Positions 1 through 10,995 of a stretch of 64,000 nucleotides of DNA are shown piece by piece (position 1 is the first letter of the stretch; the number at the start of each line of letters is the position of its first letter). The translations under genes and the position numbers were made by a program. Under the pieces are notes generated by a model. That model searched no databases. It saw only the letters and a program-made list of their open reading frames with translations, and was not told where the DNA came from. This stretch comes from Albugo candida (taxonomy: Eukaryota), in assembly GCA_040437565.1 (NCBI GenBank), contig JBDOQK010000044.1, positions 62,001 to 126,000 on the forward strand. Direction: 5' to 3'.

Positions 1-1140
1 CACTTGTATTGCGGGTCCGCTGAGTGGCACCACACTTACGCACGCGCTCGGAGTGCGGGAGGATTCTGTGACACGCTATGGAATCGCACATATGCTTTCG
101 ATTGCAATCAATATTTGGTTTAAATTAGCACACGATTACCCAATTTTGAACAATGTTTGGGATATCCGAATGGACCAATGGAAAAGTCAAACCGCTAGTT
201 TTTCTTCCGCTTTTTCTCATGCGAATCCGGTTCTCCGATCTCTTGATTTAGCTGTATTCTCAGCGGTTCCAGCGATCCGAGTGAGGTTGAATGGGACGTT
301 GGAAAACATGGACAAGTTGCATCTGTTGAGCATAGCAACTTCAGCTGGTAATATGGCGATTCCGTTCAAAGAGATCACACTAGTTGTTGGGTTACTTTTT
401 CTATTCATGGTTTCTCGGGCAAACCAAAGCGCGAATCGGCTACAATGCATTCTTTCGTGTGTCAGGCAATATCGACGAGGACGCACTTTGACCGCTGGGA
501 TATTGTTGTTATTATTGGGTGGTCGAGTATCTATGTTTAATTATGCGAAATCGCCGACAATGTACTGGCTGTCCTGGCTAATACGTCGAGCGTCACGAAA
601 GCTCCACGAGCTCTCTTCCAAAGGTACTGCATCGCGATCGTCATTACAAATCTCACGAGCACTTTAGGGCTTGATTTCGATACGTGGAATCACAACGATG
701 GAGCTGTCAACATTCATTCCATGCTCTATCCACGAATGGCCAAGCCAGCAGCTGCGTTAGAAGAAAGCCTTTTATCTTCCCAGAAAAGCAAAGACATCCG
801 GGAATCAACAAGTGAAAGTACGGATGCAGGCACGGACGACCCAGAAGTGATCGATGACACCGAGCAAAGTCTCGACGCTTCAGCACTATTGAGTCGATGC
901 GCATCTCATCTTTCTTTAGACTCTCTCACGTGCAATTCAGAAATATCGTCAGCTCGAGACAATTCGACTGTGACGCAATTCATGTCGGAAACCTCTAAAG
1001 CTCGACTCCAAAAGGGTCACTGGTACGTTTACCGCGTGGACAGCAATCATTTGACGGGAATGTTTTGGGATGGTGAAGCTGTCAGCTTGTATCAGAATCT
1101 GTTTCGGCTGATTGCACACCACTACGAAGCTTCCAATTGA
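1..1140 (+). CDS. Lipase-like alpha/beta hydrolase, 3' part only (starts before the window); 2 exons visible
   Basis: Frame 2 from position 2 reads TCIAGPLSGTTLTH, resembling the lipase 'T.iatPh.Gt' motif. A GT..AG intron at 624-667 joins it in phase to GLDFDTWNHNDGAVNIHSMLYP (NDG catalytic-Asp-like motif) and to VYRVDSNHLTG (catalytic-His-like). This merges ORFs 53..667 and 721..1140. Confidence 0.7.
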
Positions 1141-1303
1141 GTATTTATCGGCATGTGTGATGACTCCAATTTCCACATTTCACCGTTTGTGTTTTTAAAG
1201 AAAGCGAAAATACCATTCAAAACGAATTCTGCCGCCAATCACAAAATCCTTTGTATTCGTTTGGGAACGTGTTATCTGAAAATGCATTGGAGTTTGATAC
1301 GTC

Positions 1304-3970
1304 TCAGGAGCCAAACACTTTGTCATTTGCGGATATTTTTTTGAAGGTGCAGTCTCCGTGGCCATCAAACTAAACGCACAGCGATATTGTGAATCATTCA
1401 ATGAAAATCGTTTGAGCAATCACTGAACCTGCAAGACGTATTGGTGATATTTCCATAGAGATTTACGATGCGATACAGTGAATAGCGTGATATTCTGCGA
1501 GCAACAATGTGTGTACATAGCACCTTCGACGTCGACGCTGACTGCAGAAGTACACTCGTCGAGGATCGCGAATTGGGGCTTGTGGTAGAACAGTCTGGCC
1601 ATTGCCACACGTTGTTTCTCACCACCCGATAAGACATCTGTCCATTCTTGCTCGCTATCTAATCCGGCTTCACGCTCTGCAACATACTTGAGCTGAACCT
1701 GATCCAAAAACTCGACCAATTGTTCATCCGTACGACCGTTTTCTTCCATTTCTTGAACAGAATGTGGGTAGATAATCTGATCTCGTAATGTGCCGATGCT
1801 CAAGTACGGACGTTGAGGAATGTAAAACAGATCGCTGCGTTTTGGTTTTGTGATTTTGCCACCAAAAATCGGCCATAGCTCACCCAATACGCGGAATAAA
1901 GAGCTCTTCCCACAGCCATTGGGCCCAACCACAATCACATTCATTCCGGATTCTACCTTTACATTCAGAGAGCGTATTAAAACATCACCGACCGGAGTGA
2001 CCAGAGGAACATCCACAAACTCAATGATTCGATCTTGATACTCGATTTCGCCGTTGTTAGGATGCAGTCCCAGTGCACTTGCGGGATTGTGACTCGAATC
2101 AGTGACGCTCGGGGACTCATGAATCACCGATTGAGAGCGTTTGTCGCTCAAATCAGATAATACGTTGATCATATCGGCAACGCGTGTGGTGAAAGCCGCA
2201 AGTCGAGTCACTTCGCGACCTGATAAGACCAAACAGCCCATGGATTTCGATAGTCTGATGAGCATTTTTCCAGAGCGAAAATAGGATTCCATACGCTGAG
2301 CGAATGTCGCCTTCCCATGCTGCGGATGAGAAGGATCGAGAAATGGTTTCGAAACGACCCAAAAACCCACAATGGTTGCAAAGTACTTTGCNNNNNNNNN
2401 NNNNNNNNNNNNNNNNNNNNNNNNNNNNNNNNNNNNNNNNNNNNNNNNNNNNNNNNNNNNNNNNNNNNNNNNNNNNNNNNNNNNNNNNNNNTCCACAAAC
2501 TCAATGATTCGATCTTGATACTCGATTTCGCCGTTGTTAGGATGCAGTCCCAGTGCACTTGCGGGATTGTGACTCGAATCAGTGACGCTCGGGGACTCAT
2601 GAATCACCGATTGAGAGCGTTTGTCGCTCAAATCAGATAATACGTTGATCATATCGGCAACGCGTGTGGTGAAAGCCGCAAGTCGAGTCACTTCGCGACC
2701 TGATAAGACCAAACAGCCCATGGATTTCGATAGTCTGATGAGCATTTTTCCAGAGCGAAAATAGGATTCCATACGCTGAGCGAATGTCGCCTTCCCATGC
2801 TGCGGATGAGAAGGATCGAGAAATGGTTTCGAAACGACCCAAAAACCCACAATGGTTGCAAAGTACTTTGCTACGATATTGTCAAGCATGCCAACGATAA
2901 ATCGGAATTGCTGAGACTTTTGTATGACACCTCGTAATTTCTCAAAAGCTTTTTCTAAAATCATTTGTTCTCTGCCTTGCCCATTGTAAAAAGCAATCTC
3001 TTCTGCGTGGGTGAGGATTCGGGAATGGATGGACCGATACTTTCCTTCCAATTGCTGTTCGGCGATCGTGAATGTCGCAGCTGGCTGTCGTGTCCACGTC
3101 AAGAAAAGACCAGATGAGATCAGGTATAACAGCATGTAACTTGGGCCCTGCATTCCGATACTTGCCGAGAGCTTGACAGTATAAATGCAAATGTCAAGAA
3201 TTGGCTTGGAGATATTCCCGTACAAGTGAACGACACTCGAAGCAAATCTTTCCACGTCCACTGTCATGACTTGATCGACATTTTTGAGGCGTGTATCGAG
3301 ATTGGTGACTTTGTAAAAGGAGTACTGATTCAGATATTTGGTGTATAGAAATCGCGTCATGCGATTCCGAAAGCGTAACACCAAATCTGTGTGGCCATAT
3401 TTCAGCAGGCAGTTTACGCACGAAACAGGAAGCATCATTGTTGCGAAACGATGCAAATGATGTCTGAAATCCTTATGTGAGCCTGAAATTCTGCAACAAT
3501 CGAGTGCATCAGAGCCTCAAGTAGAATCGATTGTATCCACATACATTGCGTGTTCGGTAGCTGTCATTATTTGTAGCATTACGATGTCAAAGGATGTCCT
3601 CAAAACTAGCAAAATGGCGACAATTATCGCAAGAAAACATTCCGAACTGGTTACGGATGGAATTAGTATCGGAAGAATCGCTCGAAATTGACGCAGAAAA
3701 CTCGTTTTCGCGATAGAGTGTGAAGAATTCGCTTTGGCGGTATTGGTGTTTGATTTTTCGGATGCAATTTTCCTATTTTGCGATTTATCCAGCGCTTGCG
3801 ATGCGTGGTAGTGACCATATTTGCGGACGATGAATGCGATAATTATCTATACATTAGAGCACTCAGTTGGCGGGACGATTGATTGAGTAGAGTATTCGTA
3901 CAATAGAAGCGCCAGGGATTGCTCTGGCGAGTATACGTTTGGATAAAAGCCGTGATTTAAAGCTCTTCAT
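1304..3970 (-). CDS. Peroxisomal ABC transporter, subfamily D (PMP70/ABCD3-like half transporter), multi-exon
   Basis: ABC_membrane_2-type segment with EAA-like motif (HAEEIAFYNG), Walker A GPNGCGKSS, signature LSGGEKQR, Walker B AILDECTSAV and H-loop TVSHRKSLWKYH. The last exon reads FDGHGDCTFKKISANDKVFGS* (stop 1304-1306). Probable ATG at 3970 (MKSFKSRLL), 5' exons approximate. The internal 380-bp repeat is a gap artefact. Confidence 0.93.
2392..2491. other. 100-N scaffold gap; others at 8004-8103, 8730-8829, 20500-20599, 37875-37974, 51536-51635 and 61883-61982
   Basis: Runs of exactly 100 N. Five of the seven are flanked by direct duplications. Confidence 0.98.
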
Positions 3971-6094
3971 CGGAGTGAATATCTATCGAAGCTTTTTTAA
4001 GTGAAAGCTACTTTTTGTACTATGGAAATTGATCATAATTACAAATCTAGACTCACTAGGCATTGAGCAATTGAAAGGAAGTGTAAGCTCTAAACCATAC
4101 AACAGTCGACACACGATGTATGAGAACTGAGCAACGCATACATAGGATAGCTATAGCTACATACGATTTGCACGTTTATAGGGATGTAATAGAAGTCTGT
4201 GGGTCAGCATAACAGGGTGAAGTAAAAACAAATGCGATTATATCACTGCGACTGGATTTTGTTACTTGCAGAATCAGTAGACGTTGTGTAAGCCGTCTTA
4301 ATTGCATTCGGACATTGGTTCACACTGCTTTGCTTGCGTTGTCTCCTTCTGGAATCAACACACGCTACCTTATCCTATCATCAGCGCTCTGAGCGATGAG
4401 TATCACTTGGGCGGGGAATAGAAATACAGAAAGGTAAACGTTTTCAATGGGCTACAACCACTACTCAACGCCGAGGAGCGTAAAGCTCTCATGGAGGGTC
4501 CACTACTTTTCAATTGGTGACTTGTTATCTCGCTTGTTTCTCTCACCAACCCTGGGCATGGATCACATCTTTGGATATTCCACAAGACTGAGACCTTGAT
4601 TCTTGCTATTTGGATACCGCGATCTCATACCTGAATGTCAATACATCTGCTACAAATTCCCAATGGAAAAAACGACAAGATAGATACATGAAACCTTTCG
4701 ATAAAGCGCACATCGTGTCTGCAAGCGCCATGCGGACAACGCACCCAACATGGACGAGGTGGCCTTTTTCTCGGAATCTCCACTGTACAACGACAAGAAG
4801 TTTTACATACTCATGCTGAATGTGCGCAGCGTGCATGACGAGGACAAAGTTTTGAGATTTGTACGGTTTAAACATGTTGGAGACGAGTATCCCCATCTTG
4901 ACTACTACGAGTTTGTATGTGGTCTATTCGGTCTGATAGCGTATAAGAGGAAGGAAAAGTATGGCGTGAGTCGGGATGTAACACAAGCTGAAGCCATCTG
5001 ATATAAAGACTGCCGAGCACAATTGGAACCTACACGCTCGAGTGTGTCCGTAGTTTGACTCATTGTGAGACTGGGTCGCCTCCAGTGCACGTCCGTGGCT
5101 CTTATGCTTAACATCCTAGCAATGTGATGCTTCTTCCCTCTGCAGAGAACTCTTCGACGCAAAAGCTAAGACCGAAACAAATTTTTCCAAGTATTCAAAT
5201 ATTGATCGAAATGGTCGAATAGAACTGTACCCAGGGTGACTGGTTTCACATCCAATTTCAATCAGGAATTATCTTCGTCATTAAAGTGAAGGTGTTCTGG
5301 TAATAGATTGTATCATTCATTCTTTGCGTCTTAGTGCTACAGTTTATAAGCGTTGTTCAAAATGAGTGAGTTAGAGGGTGGATACAATCGCATCATTAGG
5401 AGCTGTCTATCGGCACAAATGCGAGCTATTGAAGAGCTCTGAATGAAAGGACAAGTAGGCACTCAAAAGAACAAGAAATTCAAAATAAAACCCTCTGTAT
5501 AGCCGACAGCTGAGGCTGACATCAGCATCCTTTTGTTTGTATACTTCTTCGAAAAATGCAAGCGGAACCTTGAAGCGATTTATTACGCCAGCAAAACATC
5601 CAAGCAATTCATTAGTTGGATGCTGAGTCTCTTTTACATCGCTACTCGTTGCGTGTATTGTTTCGTATACTTTTGTCAAGCGATAGAGCAAATTGAAGAA
5701 TAAAAGAAGCAGTTAAAGGAAAGACAGGACGAGTTGTAAACGTTGTACAATTAGGCTAAACGGACCATCGCCAATGTTCTGCCCGATACTTTGGCACTGC
5801 AGAATGACCACTGACAGGGACACATTCAGACTGCGTCGGCACCATTCAATTCCATATATGACCCATAATTGACCAGACACCAAACGGCAGAATACTCAAT
5901 CACTTTACTGATCCGATTACGGGTTCAAATGCTTTCATACAAGTCATTGGTGACCGAGCACATCGAATTTCGATGCATTTTAAAATTCGCAACACGTCAA
6001 TCCTGTCATTGGTTGAAATAAGACGCTTTCCAATCAATTGAGTGGGTAAAAAGCACCAAGTGAAAAGAATCGCAAAAGCGCCCCTCCTTCCAAC

Positions 6095-7615
6095 ATGTAC
6101 AATGGCATCGGTTTACGCACAGTGCGTGGCTCTGGAACCAACGGATACGTGCAAAGAAACTTGAGTTATGTCAACCCCAATCGCTCACGACAAAGAGTCT
6201 CTCAAAATCCGTCGAACGGGCAAAGATATAACACGATACAAAAGGAGTCTTCTCGACCAATAAATGCGGAGATTTTGTATCACGAGCAGAAGCGCGCGAT
6301 TGAGGTGAAAGCTTTAGAACTGACAGTGCGACTACAGGATGAGGGCGCTGAAAGTGATACGATTGTGGCGCAAGTCGAGGAGAAGCGTAAAGAATGGATC
6401 AAAGATCTCGAAGATTCTCGGCAACAAGGAATGGTTGGTCGAAAAAGCACGAATAGCCATCAGAAAGCACAGATCAAGGAGAAGGAGAATGCTCGACTCA
6501 AGCAACTATTTCGCATTCCGGAGGATTATATGGCAGGAGAAAGTTTTGATCCCGAAAAGAAGGAGAAAAGGCGACAGGAAAGATTGGAGAAACAAGAGAA
6601 ACGGAGGGAGGAAGCACAAAAGGCTAAAGAGCGGGAGCTGAAAAGTAACCAGCTTGAAACAGATAATTCCCGATTCAACAGGAAAAGGGAAGGTACTCGT
6701 TCTGCAACTGAAGACCGGGACCGGTTCGATTCAAAACCGACTGTCAGGAAAATGGCTCGGCGAAGTGGGGATCGCGGTGATAGCAGACGCTTATCAAAAA
6801 GAAGTCCTCGGTATAAAACAAAGCGGTCAACTTCAAGATCTTTGTCTTCAAGTTCTGAGAAATCGTCTTCTTCAGAGCGAGATATCAAATCTCAACCGGT
6901 TCGAAAAGCACTGCGTCACGAACGGGTCTCTTCACGGGTTCCTCATGGATCAAGCTCCGACTCAAATTCAGACAGCTCATCGGATCGCTCTTCCTCGACT
7001 TCAAGTCGTGCTTATGAGAAAAAGAAGTCCAAAAAGTCAGCGTCTCCGATTCCTCCGGTGAGATCTCGCTCTTCCAGCCCAAGCAAAAAGTATACAAAGG
7101 AATACCGGGGATCTGGAACACCACGTCAACAAGTCTCAACTCGAGTATCTGAATCTCCACATACGACAGAAAGAGCGGGAAAAGTTCGAAATGGAGGTAG
7201 CACCAAAATTCACGACATCAAAAATTCTCGTAGACAGCGCTCACGCTCGTCTCAAAGAGCAAAATATCGGACCAGTGAACTGAATGCAAAGCGTACAAAA
7301 CGACGGGTTTCCTCTTCTTCCGGCTCTGAATCTGATGTCCGATCGGTTCATTCGAATGAATCAGACTCTTCAGCACCTTCGTCCCGCTCGTCGTCGACGT
7401 CGAGTCCGCGAAACAAAAGCCGTTCGCATTCTCGGACGAGTTATTCAACTTCTTCGGCGTCACGTTCCCGATCCCGTACCCGCTATCAAAGCCGCCGTAA
7501 TCGTAGAACAAGCGCGCGACCATCTCGACGGTATACCCGTAGTATCTCGCGCTCGTCGAGTCGTAGTGGAAGCGCTGGTAGAACGCGGAGACGATATTCG
7601 CGTCGATCGAGCTGA
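6095..7615 (+). CDS. CWC21: Pre-mRNA splicing factor Cwc21/SRRM2-like, with RS-rich tail
   Basis: Hallmark N-terminus MYNGIGLRTVRGSGTNGYVQRNLS, cwf21 domain (EILYHEQKRAIEVK) and a long Arg/Ser-rich C-terminus. Confidence 0.93.
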   Translation: MYNGIGLRTVRGSGTNGYVQRNLSYVNPNRSRQRVSQNPSNGQRYNTIQKESSRPINAEILYHEQKRAIEVKALELTVRLQDEGAESDTIVAQVEEKRKEWIKDLEDSRQQGMVGRKSTNSHQKAQIKEKENARLKQLFRIPEDYMAGESFDPEKKEKRRQERLEKQEKRREEAQKAKERELKSNQLETDNSRFNRKREGTRSATEDRDRFDSKPTVRKMARRSGDRGDSRRLSKRSPRYKTKRSTSRSLSSSSEKSSSSERDIKSQPVRKALRHERVSSRVPHGSSSDSNSDSSSDRSSSTSSRAYEKKKSKKSASPIPPVRSRSSSPSKKYTKEYRGSGTPRQQVSTRVSESPHTTERAGKVRNGGSTKIHDIKNSRRQRSRSSQRAKYRTSELNAKRTKRRVSSSSGSESDVRSVHSNESDSSAPSSRSSSTSSPRNKSRSHSRTSYSTSSASRSRSRTRYQSRRNRRTSARPSRRYTRSISRSSSRSGSAGRTRRRYSRRSS

Positions 7616-8926
7616 GGATATGGAAGCGTACTTAAGACGTAAATATAATAAGTTCGCAGTTCGTATTATGTACGCATCGTCACTCGAATTGCAGCGCTAC
7701 ACAAAGCCGGTGTTCAACTTATATATGTAAAAGCTTACAGCTCTGGGTGTGCAGATAATTCTCATCTAGGCTCTTCAGCTTTTAGAGACTACCATTGAGC
7801 TCATATTGTCCATTATTGGAGCGATTGGCTCCATCATCTAATAGCTACATTTATGGTAGATTCAAATGTTGCCGAGCAGGCTAGAGCGAAACTCATTTAT
7901 GGTGCTAGGCGTGGACCACTTTTGCAAAAGGACAATCAGCATCATCATTTTCTCTTTTTGCTGGAAAGCCAGATTTGGCACCAGTCAAGCACCTCACACA
8001 CATNNNNNNNNNNNNNNNNNNNNNNNNNNNNNNNNNNNNNNNNNNNNNNNNNNNNNNNNNNNNNNNNNNNNNNNNNNNNNNNNNNNNNNNNNNNNNNNNN
8101 NNNTTACAGCTCTGGGTGTGCAGATAATTCTCATCTAGGCTCTTCAGCTTTTAGAGACTACCATTGAGCTCATATTGTCCATTATTGGAGCGATTGGCTC
8201 CATCATCTAATAGCTACATTTATGGTAGATTCAAATGTTGCCGAGCAGGCTAGAGCGAAACTCATTTATGGTGCTAGGCGTGGACCACTTTTGCAAAAGG
8301 ACAATCAGCATCATCATTTTCTCTTTTTGCTGGAAAGCCAGATTTGGCACCAGTCAAGCACCTCACACACATCAAGCAGTCGATTGCAAAATCAAACATC
8401 TCAATCAGGTCGCCTATTGTGGGGAAGCAATACGTCGCATTGTGCTTGCAACTGCCTATGTGATAAAAGATGTACGCTATATGTATGTTCCTACTTTTTG
8501 TGAGCTATGAAAGAATCCTTTTGGCTATCAATCCATGTGTATCATTTAGTATACATCATGCTCGCATGAAGACAGCTTGACAGCATATGCGTAGCAATGC
8601 GTAACGATACACCATTTCGTGATGGATGTTCCAATAAAAGTCCAATGAATCTTCTATGTTAGGACAACAGGTGTACGGACGGGAGAAAATCGGTTTGGAA
8701 GCAGCTGCATTTTAGTCGAATCTTTCGTGNNNNNNNNNNNNNNNNNNNNNNNNNNNNNNNNNNNNNNNNNNNNNNNNNNNNNNNNNNNNNNNNNNNNNNN
8801 NNNNNNNNNNNNNNNNNNNNNNNNNNNNNTACCGTAAATTTGGTACAGAGTACCACCAAAGCGCTCATCTGATCGAAAGCGGGATGCACGAAACGTTCTC
8901 CTTTTTGAGACGTATAGAGCCAAAGC

Positions 8927-10876
8927 ATGACCCACTTCGATAGAAATGAACATATCCTCTCATCAGAAACGTTCTCATCAATTGGTGCTCAAGATATTGC
9001 GTCTGAAAGCGCAATGTGGCAGCAGAAAACCATGTTCTTGATGCAAGAAAATGAGCTCTTGTCACTCGAAATAGCCAAATTAGACGCACAAACAAAGCAG
9101 AATATCGCATTAAGAAAACAGCTCAAACGTAAAGAAGAAGAATGTGCGACTTTGACGGCATTTATAGACACATTAAAGGCGACAAATGGCTCTGATCGGA
9201 TTTCTGAGCCGCGACATCCCGACGAGAATGTGGAAAATGTGTACGCTTTACGAGCGGAAAACGAGGATTGGGGACGAAAGTACTCGGAACTGGAGAGAGA
9301 AACGGAGGAAAAGGATAATTTGATCCAGGATTTGCAAGAAGAGCTCGAAATAGGCCGAGAAGCTTTTTTAGAACAAAAAGAAATGGCGAAGGAGATGGTG
9401 TTGAAAGACCATACTTTGAATGAGTACAAACGTAAATTGACAATTACTGAAGCGAAGAATCAAAAACTTTTGGCAATGATTGAGACTATGAAACAGCATA
9501 ACGAGATTGAAGATGAGGAAGGAGCATCTCCAACGGAAGAATGGAAGGATGTTGAAAACACTGAAACACAACAAGCCTGTGACTCGGAAGAGGAAGAAGA
9601 GCCCATGAAAAGTATAGAAACGGGACGCTTGGGTTACGATCATTTATTTCTAGGCCCATCTTTGGCTGGCCCGGACAAACTTGTACCACACACAACGCGT
9701 ATGCTGTGTCCTAAAGGAAAAGTTGCTTATATTTCGCGGGCGATCGGTTCGGGAAAGGACGATGTAGAGCAATGGGAAGCTGAAAAAGACTCTGATAGCG
9801 ATTCGAGTCGTACTGAAGCGCCTTCGACATCTCGCAAATTCGCTGTAGGTGTTCCTCGCACCTTTAGAAAACGTCTGGTTCGCCCTCCTTCCTTCCGTCC
9901 AAAGCTCTCAGTACCTTCTTTGGTTCGAAAGAGACGACAAGCACAAGATCAGAGATCAATGCGTAGCTCGACATACACCCACAAGGACTCCACATGTCGA
10001 TTTTGCAAGATTTTTCCGATTGTTGGCAATCGGTACGCTTGTTCGACATGTGAGGATGTGGAAATGTGTGCCAACTGCTACGGGCTCGGGTGTCATGGAA
10101 TGGAGGACTCGGACGAGCTTTTTGAGCGTGTGGAGACACTCGTATTTGTACGATGCAACTTACTTGCCACCGACCACGAAACCTTTCTGGCGATGCTTCG
10201 ATTCGATATTTGCAACAGTAATCTCCGAAAATACAATTTCTGTCTGAATTGGGTCGCCGATCTATTGGTTGGAAAAAGCACAAGAGAGCTACAAGCTCGC
10301 GCTCTCGAGATTCCAAATATCTCACATCAAATTCGGAAGGAATTTGTGCATAGTTTGATGGAATTGGTTCAATCTCGACGAAGTGATTTGGTGATCAAAA
10401 CTGAATGGGAGGCAGTTTTGGATCAGTACGCATTGGAAACTGGGAAGAAGAACGTTCGTTTCGAAGATCAAGCTTCTGATCACGGGATCGAGACATTGAG
10501 AATTTGGACAATCGACAAATTCCGAACGACTTCACCTTTTGTGGAGAAGAGTATCCTCAAATATCAACGGGACGATCAAATCGCAATTGCTTCGTTAAGT
10601 TTCGATATGGAAGGAATTTTAGAGAAAGAAATTTCTGAGGAATCATACAGTGACCAAGAAATGGAACAAGAGAGCCAAGAGGGTGACTGCGAGTCTCAAG
10701 AGCAGGATGAAGAAGCCCGAGAGTGGGATGAAGAAGGTCGAGAGGAGAGTGAAGAGGAGGGAGAGTGTACTCCGGACGAAATCGAGGAGAGTAAGGAGAC
10801 CCCTTCGACACCGAAAAAGGGTCGAGGTGCTTTCCGTGGGTTTGCGTGGCGGCGCAAGACGAAGAAAGGTCGATGA
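8927..10876 (+). CDS. Coiled-coil protein with ZZ-type zinc finger and acidic tail (5' end may lie in or before the gap at 8730-8829)
   Basis: 649-aa ORF with a heptad-rich N-terminus, the ZZ motif HKDSTCRFCKIFPIVGNRYACSTCEDVEMCANCY..GCH, a Glu-rich C-terminus and a basic tip. Confidence 0.8.
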   Translation: MTHFDRNEHILSSETFSSIGAQDIASESAMWQQKTMFLMQENELLSLEIAKLDAQTKQNIALRKQLKRKEEECATLTAFIDTLKATNGSDRISEPRHPDENVENVYALRAENEDWGRKYSELERETEEKDNLIQDLQEELEIGREAFLEQKEMAKEMVLKDHTLNEYKRKLTITEAKNQKLLAMIETMKQHNEIEDEEGASPTEEWKDVENTETQQACDSEEEEEPMKSIETGRLGYDHLFLGPSLAGPDKLVPHTTRMLCPKGKVAYISRAIGSGKDDVEQWEAEKDSDSDSSRTEAPSTSRKFAVGVPRTFRKRLVRPPSFRPKLSVPSLVRKRRQAQDQRSMRSSTYTHKDSTCRFCKIFPIVGNRYACSTCEDVEMCANCYGLGCHGMEDSDELFERVETLVFVRCNLLATDHETFLAMLRFDICNSNLRKYNFCLNWVADLLVGKSTRELQARALEIPNISHQIRKEFVHSLMELVQSRRSDLVIKTEWEAVLDQYALETGKKNVRFEDQASDHGIETLRIWTIDKFRTTSPFVEKSILKYQRDDQIAIASLSFDMEGILEKEISEESYSDQEMEQESQEGDCESQEQDEEAREWDEEGREESEEEGECTPDEIEESKETPSTPKKGRGAFRGFAWRRKTKKGR

Positions 10877-10995
10877 GGATGCAAGCCAATTATTGGAGAA
10901 AAGTCCTTTGATTTGCTTGCCATTTTAGAATTTCTGCCAATCAATAATGTTAATAGATCGATTTGAACCAATTGTAGCGCACAGTATATCAGATC

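Noticed and set aside
2012-2871. Apparent internal tandem duplication of ~127 codons in the ABCD transporter
   Set aside because: 2012-2391 and 2492-2871 appear identical and directly flank a 100-N gap. This is an unmerged contig overlap, not a real domain duplication.
6760-7615. Low-complexity TCx/CGx repeats and overlapping alternative-frame ORFs
   Set aside because: Explained by the RS-rich tail of CWC21/SRRM2; the shadow ORFs are by-products.
7735-8372. 269-bp direct repeat giving twin ORFs (MVDSNVAEQ...)
   Set aside because: The copies flank the 100-N gap at 8004-8103, so this is an assembly artefact. The ORFs have no recognisable features.
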